Part shown: positions 58,023 to 64,000 of the stretch, piece after piece
How the letters are laid out: each line of letters begins with the position of its first letter
How positions within the stretch are numbered: the first letter of the stretch is position 1
DNA from: Shigella phage ESh36
Direction: 5' to 3' (one strand)
Sequence record: ON528746
Length of the DNA stretch: 64,000 nucleotides
Made by a program: the position numbers and the translations under genes
Notes under the pieces: generated by a model
The model's database searches: none
Told to the model about the DNA's origin: nothing
The model's input: only the letters and a program-made list of their open reading frames with translations

Positions 58023-58889
58023 ATGTTCATTCAAGAACCAAAGAAATTGATTGATACCGGCGAAATTGGTAACGCTTCTACTGGTGATATCTTATTCGAC
58101 GGTGGTAATAAAATTAATAGTGATTTTAACGCAATTTATAATGCGTTTGGCGATCAGCGCAAAATGGCAGTAGCAAATGGCACTGGAGCAGATGGCCAAA
58201 TTATTCATGCTACGGGATATTATCAAAAACATTCTATAGCAGAGTACGCAACTCCAGTAAAAGTTGGCACTAGGCATGATATTGATACCTCTACTGTAGG
58301 TGTTAAAGTTATCATTGAAAGAGGCGAACTTGGTGACTGTGTTGAATTTATTAACTCAAATGGATCTATATCAGTTACTAATCCTTTAACGATTCAAGCA
58401 ATTGATTCAATTAAAGGTGTTTCAGGCAATTTAGTAGTAACTAGCCCATATAGTAAAGTAACTTTACGCTGTATTTCATCTGATAATTCTACATCGGTTT
58501 GGAATTATTCTATTGAAAGTATGTTTGGACAAAAGGAATCACCAGCTGAAGGTACATGGAATATTTCTACATCCGGATCAGTTGATATTCCATTATTTCA
58601 TCGTACTGAATACAACATGGCTAAATTGCTAGTTACGTGCCAATCAGTAGATGGAAGAAAAATTAAAACAGCAGAAATAAATATTCTTGTAGATACCGTT
58701 AATTCAAAGGTCATTTCTTCTGAATATGCTGTCATGCGGGTCGGCAATGAAACCGAAGAAGATGAAATCGCTAATATTGCATTTAGTATTAAAGAAAATT
58801 ATGTAACAGCGACTGTAAGTTCTTCTACTGTTGGCATGAGAGCAGCAGTTAAAGTTATCGCTACGCAGAAAATCGGGGTGGCTCAATAA
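58023..58889 (+). CDS. 9: Baseplate long-tail-fibre socket protein gp9
   Basis: 288 aa; size and order match T4 gp9. Confidence 0.88.
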   Translation: MFIQEPKKLIDTGEIGNASTGDILFDGGNKINSDFNAIYNAFGDQRKMAVANGTGADGQIIHATGYYQKHSIAEYATPVKVGTRHDIDTSTVGVKVIIERGELGDCVEFINSNGSISVTNPLTIQAIDSIKGVSGNLVVTSPYSKVTLRCISSDNSTSVWNYSIESMFGQKESPAEGTWNISTSGSVDIPLFHRTEYNMAKLLVTCQSVDGRKIKTAEINILVDTVNSKVISSEYAVMRVGNETEEDEIANIAFSIKENYVTATVSSSTVGMRAAVKVIATQKIGVAQ

Positions 58890-60694
58890 TGAAACAAAAT
58901 ATTAATATCGGTAATGTTGTAGATGATGGTACCGGTGACTACCTGCGTAAAGGTGGTATAAAAATAAATGAAAACTTTGATGAACTTTATTATGAGCTTG
59001 GTGATGGGAATGTTCCATATTCAGCCGGTGCCTGGAAAACTTATAATGCTTCATCTGGGCAAACACTAACGGCAGAATGGGGGAAATCATACGCTATTAA
59101 TACTTCGTCTGGGAGAGTAACACTACAACTTCCTAAAGGAACTGTTAATGATTACAACAAGGTAATTAGAGCTAGAGACGTATTCGCTACATGGAACATC
59201 AATCCAGTTACTTTAGTAGCTGCTTCCGGAGATACAATTAAAGGGTCGTCATCGTCAGTTGAAATTAATATTCAATTTAGTGATTTGGAGCTAGTTTATT
59301 GTGCTCCAGGACGTTGGGAATATGTCAAAAATAAGCAAATTGACAAAATTACCAGTTCAGACATTAGTAATGTAGCTCGTAAAGAATTTTTAGTTGAAGT
59401 TCAAGGACAAACTGACTTTTTAGATGTTTTCAATGGAACTAGTTATAATGTTAATAACATCAGAGTAAAACACCGCGGTAATGAATTGTATTACGGCGAT
59501 GTTTTTAGCGAAAACAGTGACTTTGGCTCTCCGGGCGAAAATGAAGGCGAATTAGTTCCTCTTGATGGATTTAATATTCGATTAAGACAGCCTTGTAATA
59601 TTGGTGACACTGTTCAAATTGAAACATTTATGGATGGTGTATCACAATGGAGAAGTTCATATACAAGACGCCAAATAAAAGTACTGGATTCAAAACTAAC
59701 ATCAAAGACTTCTTTAGAAGGAAGCATTTATGTTACTGATTTATCGGCGATGAAATCAATTCCATTTTCTGCATTTGGATTAATTCCTGGTGAACCAATT
59801 AATCCGAACTCTCTTGAGGTTCGTTTTAATGGAATTTTGCAGCAGCAGGCTGGAACAGCTGGATATCCTCTGTTTTTGTGTGAAGGCGCTAATTCAGATA
59901 CGCAAGAAGGATGTATATCTCTTGGTGGCGAATGGAAAGAATCAAACACCGATTATTCTATAGAATATGAAGACGGAAAACCTATCAGTCTTTTATTTGA
60001 TAGAAAATTTGAATCCGGTGACATTATCGTTATAACATGGTTCAATAATGATTTAGGAACTCTTTTAGAAAAAGATGACATTATTGAATTAACTGATGAC
60101 CGTTATGTTAGTAAAGGATCATCTACTGAAGTTACTGGTGATGTAGCCTTAACAGATTTTGATAAAATCGGTTGGCCAAATGTTGAAAAAGTTGATTCTT
60201 ATACTAGAACGTATAATTCAATATCATCTATTTTCGATAGCATTTATCCCGTAGGTTCAATTTATGAAAATGCTATAAACCCAAATAATCCGGTGACTTA
60301 TATGGGATTTGGTTCATGGAAATTATTTGGTAAAGGACAAGTTTTAGTAGGATGGAATGATGATGTTACGGATCCAAACTTTGCTTTAAACAATAATGAT
60401 TTAGATTCTAGCGGAAATCCTTCACATACGGCAGGTGGAACGGTTGGAACAACATCAGTAACGCTTGAAAACGCAAATCTTCCTGCAACTAAAACCGACG
60501 AAAGAGTTTTAATTGAAGACGAAAATGGATCGGTTATTATTGGAGGTTGCCAATATGACCCAGATGAAACTGGTCCTATATATACAAAATATCGTGAAGA
60601 TTACGCAACAACAAACTCTTCACATACTCCTCCTGCTAATATTAGTAATATTCAACCGTCTATTACTGTATACCGTTGGATAAGGATTGCATAA
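58889..60694 (+). CDS. 10: Baseplate wedge/short-fibre attachment protein gp10
   Basis: 601 aa; size and order match T4 gp10. Confidence 0.88.
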   Translation: MKQNINIGNVVDDGTGDYLRKGGIKINENFDELYYELGDGNVPYSAGAWKTYNASSGQTLTAEWGKSYAINTSSGRVTLQLPKGTVNDYNKVIRARDVFATWNINPVTLVAASGDTIKGSSSSVEINIQFSDLELVYCAPGRWEYVKNKQIDKITSSDISNVARKEFLVEVQGQTDFLDVFNGTSYNVNNIRVKHRGNELYYGDVFSENSDFGSPGENEGELVPLDGFNIRLRQPCNIGDTVQIETFMDGVSQWRSSYTRRQIKVLDSKLTSKTSLEGSIYVTDLSAMKSIPFSAFGLIPGEPINPNSLEVRFNGILQQQAGTAGYPLFLCEGANSDTQEGCISLGGEWKESNTDYSIEYEDGKPISLLFDRKFESGDIIVITWFNNDLGTLLEKDDIIELTDDRYVSKGSSTEVTGDVALTDFDKIGWPNVEKVDSYTRTYNSISSIFDSIYPVGSIYENAINPNNPVTYMGFGSWKLFGKGQVLVGWNDDVTDPNFALNNNDLDSSGNPSHTAGGTVGTTSVTLENANLPATKTDERVLIEDENGSVIIGGCQYDPDETGPIYTKYREDYATTNSSHTPPANISNIQPSITVYRWIRIA

Positions 60695-61353
60695 TGAGTT
60701 TACTTAATAATAAAGCGGGAGTTATTTCCCGCTTAGCAGATTTTCTTGGTTTTAGAACTAAGAAAAATGATATTTCGGTTATGAATAATCAGCCAGTAGG
60801 TGCTGTAACAATTTCACAAATAGCAAAAGGGTTTTATGACCCAAATGTAGAATCTGCTATTAATGATGTTAGAAATATGGCAGAGCAACAGGTTGGAGCT
60901 GTATTAGTTAATATAAGTGGCGTATCTCCTACTGGCGTGCAGCAAACAGACTATTGGTCATTTGAAGGAACTGTTACTGATACTTCAGCCAAACCAGGTG
61001 ACCCAGTTATTGTTAACATGTTTGGTATTCCAGTTAAAGCTACTAATGGAATGACTTCAATCGAATTCACGAGTGCCGTTAGAACAGCTCTACAGGAAAT
61101 GGTTGCAAAATTTATTGCAATTGATTCATTTGAAGACCATCCTACTATAGGAAATAAAATACAAGTTAAGTATTTAGATAACCAAGAACATATCTTAGAA
61201 CAATACTCTGATAAAGGAATTACTTTCAAACAAGAAATAATTTCTCCTTCTAAACCTGGGTATGGAACTTGGCAATTATTAGGTGCGCAAACTGTTACGC
61301 TAGATAGTCACACACAACCTACAGTATTTTATTATTTTGAGAGAATAGCATGA
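60694..61353 (+). CDS. 11: Baseplate wedge protein gp11
   Basis: 219 aa from the ATG at 60694 ([20 protein letters not shown]...), matching the T4 gp11 N-terminus; the ORF-track start is an upstream extension. Confidence 0.88.
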   Translation: MSLLNNKAGVISRLADFLGFRTKKNDISVMNNQPVGAVTISQIAKGFYDPNVESAINDVRNMAEQQVGAVLVNISGVSPTGVQQTDYWSFEGTVTDTSAKPGDPVIVNMFGIPVKATNGMTSIEFTSAVRTALQEMVAKFIAIDSFEDHPTIGNKIQVKYLDNQEHILEQYSDKGITFKQEIISPSKPGYGTWQLLGAQTVTLDSHTQPTVFYYFERIA

Positions 61354-62900
61354 GTAACAATACATATCAGCACGTATCAAATGAATCAAAATATGTTAAA
61401 TTCGATCCTACTGGATCGAATTTTCCTGACACTGTCACGACAGTGCAGTCTGCATTATCAAAAATAAGTAATATTGGCGTAAATGGTATTCCTGATGCAA
61501 CTATGGAAGTTAAAGGAATAGCAATGATTGCGTCAGAACAAGAGGTTTTAGATGGAACTAATAATTCTAAAATCGTTACACCAGCTACATTAGCAACAAG
61601 ATTATTGTATCCAAATGCTACTGAAACTAAATATGGTTTAACGCGTTATTCAACAAATGAAGAAACATTAAAAGGCTCAGATAATAATTCATCAATAACA
61701 CCACAAAAACTGAAATACCACACTGACGATGTGTTCAAAAATAGATATTCGTCTGAGTCATCAAACGGGGTTATTAAAATATCATCTACACCTGCAGCTT
61801 TGGCTGGAGTTGATGATACTACTGCGATGACTCCGCTAAAAACCCAAAAACTTGCAATAAAATTAATTTCGCAAATAGCTCCTTCAGAAGACACTGCAAC
61901 AGAATCGGTGAGAGGAGTAGTTCAATTATCTACTGTTGCACAAATTCGTCAAGGAACTCTTCGCGAAGGATATGCAATTTCTCCGTATACCTTTATGAAT
62001 TCTGTTGCAACACAAGAATATAAGGGTGTTATACGTTTAGGAACACAATCGGAAATTAACAGTAATTTAGGAGATGTTGCAGTAACAGGTGAAACATTAA
62101 ATGGTCGAGGAGCTACTGGTTCTATGCGCGGTGTAGTAAAATTAACGACGCAAGCCGGTATTGCCCCCGAAGGTGATGGCTCTGGAGCATTAGCATGGAA
62201 CGCAGATGTAATTAATACTCGCGGTGGACAAACTATTAACGGTTCTTTAAATTTAGACCATCTTACAGCAAATGGAATTTGGTCACGCGGCGGTATGTGG
62301 AAAAATGGCGATCAACCTGTTGCCACTGAAAGATATGCGTCTGAAAGGGTTCCAGTTGGAACTATTATGATGTTTGCAGGTGATTCTGCACCTCCAGGTT
62401 GGATTATGTGCCATGGTGGAACCGTGTCAGGAGATCAATATCCTGATTATAGAAACACAGTTGGAACAAGATTTGGTGGTGATTGGAATAACCCTGGCAT
62501 TCCTGATATGCGAGGTCTTTTCGTCAGAGGAGCTGGCACAGGAGGTCATATTTTAAATCAACGAGGACAAGATGGTTATGGAAAGGATAGACTTGGCGTA
62601 GGATGTGACGGAATGCATGTTGGCGGTGTTCAAGCACAACAAATGTCATACCATAAACATGCTGGTGGCTGGGGAGAATACCAAAGACATGAAGCTCCAT
62701 TTGGCGCGTCCGTTTATCAAGGATATCTTGGAACTAGAAAATATGCCGACTGGGATAACGCTTCATACTTCACTAATGATGGATTTGAATTAGGTGGACC
62801 GAGAGATGCCCTTGGTACACTTAATCGTGAAGGATTAATTGGTTATGAAACTAGACCATGGAATATATCATTAAACTATATTATTAAAATTCATTACTAA
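61350..62900 (+). CDS. 12: Short tail fibre protein gp12
   Basis: 516 aa; position after gene 11; T4 gp12 is slightly longer. Confidence 0.85.
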   Translation: MSNNTYQHVSNESKYVKFDPTGSNFPDTVTTVQSALSKISNIGVNGIPDATMEVKGIAMIASEQEVLDGTNNSKIVTPATLATRLLYPNATETKYGLTRYSTNEETLKGSDNNSSITPQKLKYHTDDVFKNRYSSESSNGVIKISSTPAALAGVDDTTAMTPLKTQKLAIKLISQIAPSEDTATESVRGVVQLSTVAQIRQGTLREGYAISPYTFMNSVATQEYKGVIRLGTQSEINSNLGDVAVTGETLNGRGATGSMRGVVKLTTQAGIAPEGDGSGALAWNADVINTRGGQTINGSLNLDHLTANGIWSRGGMWKNGDQPVATERYASERVPVGTIMMFAGDSAPPGWIMCHGGTVSGDQYPDYRNTVGTRFGGDWNNPGIPDMRGLFVRGAGTGGHILNQRGQDGYGKDRLGVGCDGMHVGGVQAQQMSYHKHAGGWGEYQRHEAPFGASVYQGYLGTRKYADWDNASYFTNDGFELGGPRDALGTLNREGLIGYETRPWNISLNYIIKIHY

Positions 62901-62909
62901 GGATTACAA

Positions 62910-64000
62910 ATGATTGAATTAAAAGAGTTACCTTTTGTTGATAGCGTTCCTGACGAAGGTCAGGAACGTATTTCATGGATTAAAAATGGTGAAGAAATAT
63001 TAGGAGCTAGTACTAAGTATGGAAATGATGGATCAATGAATAGACCAATTGTTTCCGTGTTTAAAAACGTCGAAGTTCTTGATGAAAATGTGGGAATTCT
63101 TAAAACTGCCATTGAAACATCACAGAAAGATATTAAAACAATTCAAGGAGTTTTAGATGTATCAGGAGATATAGAAGCGCTATCACAGATCAGCGTTAAT
63201 AAAAATGATATATCAAGTTTAAAGACGCTCACAAGTGAACATACTGATATATTAAATGGTACAAATACTACGGTTGATAATATTCTTTCTGATATTGGTC
63301 CATTTAATTCGCAAGCAAATTCAGTTTATAGAACAATTAGAAATGATTTATTGTGGATTAAACAGGAATTAGGACAATATTCTGGCCAAGACATTAACGG
63401 TCTTCCTGTTGTTGGTAATGCTAGCACAGGAATGAAGCACCGTATCATTAATAATACAGATGCTATAACTTCCCAAGGAATACGTCTAAGTGATTTGGAA
63501 GAAAAATTTATTGAATCTGATGTAGGTTCGCTTACAATCGAAGTAGGAAATCTTAGACAGGAATTAGGACAAAGACCGCCTTCATTTAGTGAAAGTATAT
63601 ATTCACGTGTGCATAATTTAGATCAATCACAAATTAATCTTAATTCCGAAATTAAATCTATCAAAACTTCTATTGGATATCCAGGAAATACTTCAATAAT
63701 CACAGATGTTAACACTAATACACGAGAAATTTCAGCTTTAACTGATGAGCTAAATAAAAGCGGAGGTGTTAAACAGCGATTAACTGTCATTGAAACATCA
63801 ATTGGCTCAGATGATATTCCTTCTAGTATTAAAGGTAAAATTAAAGATAATACAACATCTATTGAGTTTTTAAATGGAATTGTTGGTGAAAACACTTCAT
63901 CTGGACTACGAGCAAACGTTTCGTGGTTAAACCAAATTGTTGGAACTGATTCTAGCGGTGGACAACCTTCTCCTCCTGGGTCTCTTTTAAATAGAGTTTC
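62910..64000 (+). CDS. wac: Fibritin (whisker antigen control), N-terminal ~363 codons (partial; continues past window end)
   Basis: Open frame from ATG 62910; ...ISWIKNGEEILGA...NGLPVVGN...SWLNQIVGTDSSGGQPSPPGSLLNRV matches T4 fibritin; N-terminal residues diverge. Confidence 0.85.
   Translation, partial: MIELKELPFVDSVPDEGQERISWIKNGEEILGASTKYGNDGSMNRPIVSVFKNVEVLDENVGILKTAIETSQKDIKTIQGVLDVSGDIEALSQISVNKNDISSLKTLTSEHTDILNGTNTTVDNILSDIGPFNSQANSVYRTIRNDLLWIKQELGQYSGQDINGLPVVGNASTGMKHRIINNTDAITSQGIRLSDLEEKFIESDVGSLTIEVGNLRQELGQRPPSFSESIYSRVHNLDQSQINLNSEIKSIKTSIGYPGNTSIITDVNTNTREISALTDELNKSGGVKQRLTVIETSIGSDDIPSSIKGKIKDNTTSIEFLNGIVGENTSSGLRANVSWLNQIVGTDSSGGQPSPPGSLLNRV

Overview
This window is a T4-like (T-even, Tequatrovirus-type) Escherichia phage genome segment, recognised by direct reading of the translated ORFs against remembered T4 proteins; no database search was run. 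Positions 1-48667 are early/middle genes on the minus strand: gene 43 DNA polymerase N-terminus (partial), regA, 62, 44, 45, rpbA, 46, 47, a-gt, 55, nrdH, nrdG, nrdD, 49, nrdC plus the eleven nrdC.x ORFs, a hypervariable block, rI, tk, regB, the vs.x ORFs, denV, lysozyme e, nudE, e.2-e.8, a 10-tRNA cluster, 57B, 57A and genes 1, 3, 2, 4. Positions 48715-64000 are late baseplate and fibre genes on the plus strand: 53, 5, 5.1, 5.4, 6, 7, 8, 9, 10, 11, 12 and the start of wac. The minus strand carries repeated T4-type early promoters (GTTTAC, 18 bp, TAnnAT) and C(UUCG)G-type hairpins; TATAAATA late promoters flank the 4/53 divergence and precede gene 9. ORF-track starts often use TTG/GTG or run into promoters, so several starts were moved to the ATG with a Shine-Dalgarno. 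The most interesting accessory content is a translationally coupled operon in the nrdC.11-rI variable region that encodes a polymerase-beta-type nucleotidyltransferase-fold protein, a two-TM membrane protein and a paralogous pair; T4 carries mobD here. Other notable items: a short GIY-YIG-like ORF between 47 and a-gt, a GrcA/YfiD homologue whose 3' half looks host-derived, Asn and Tyr tRNAs beyond the T4 set of eight, an nrdD without the T4 intron, three internal-protein genes with the MKTY-EF capsid-targeting leader, and Acb1 plus a candidate Acb2.
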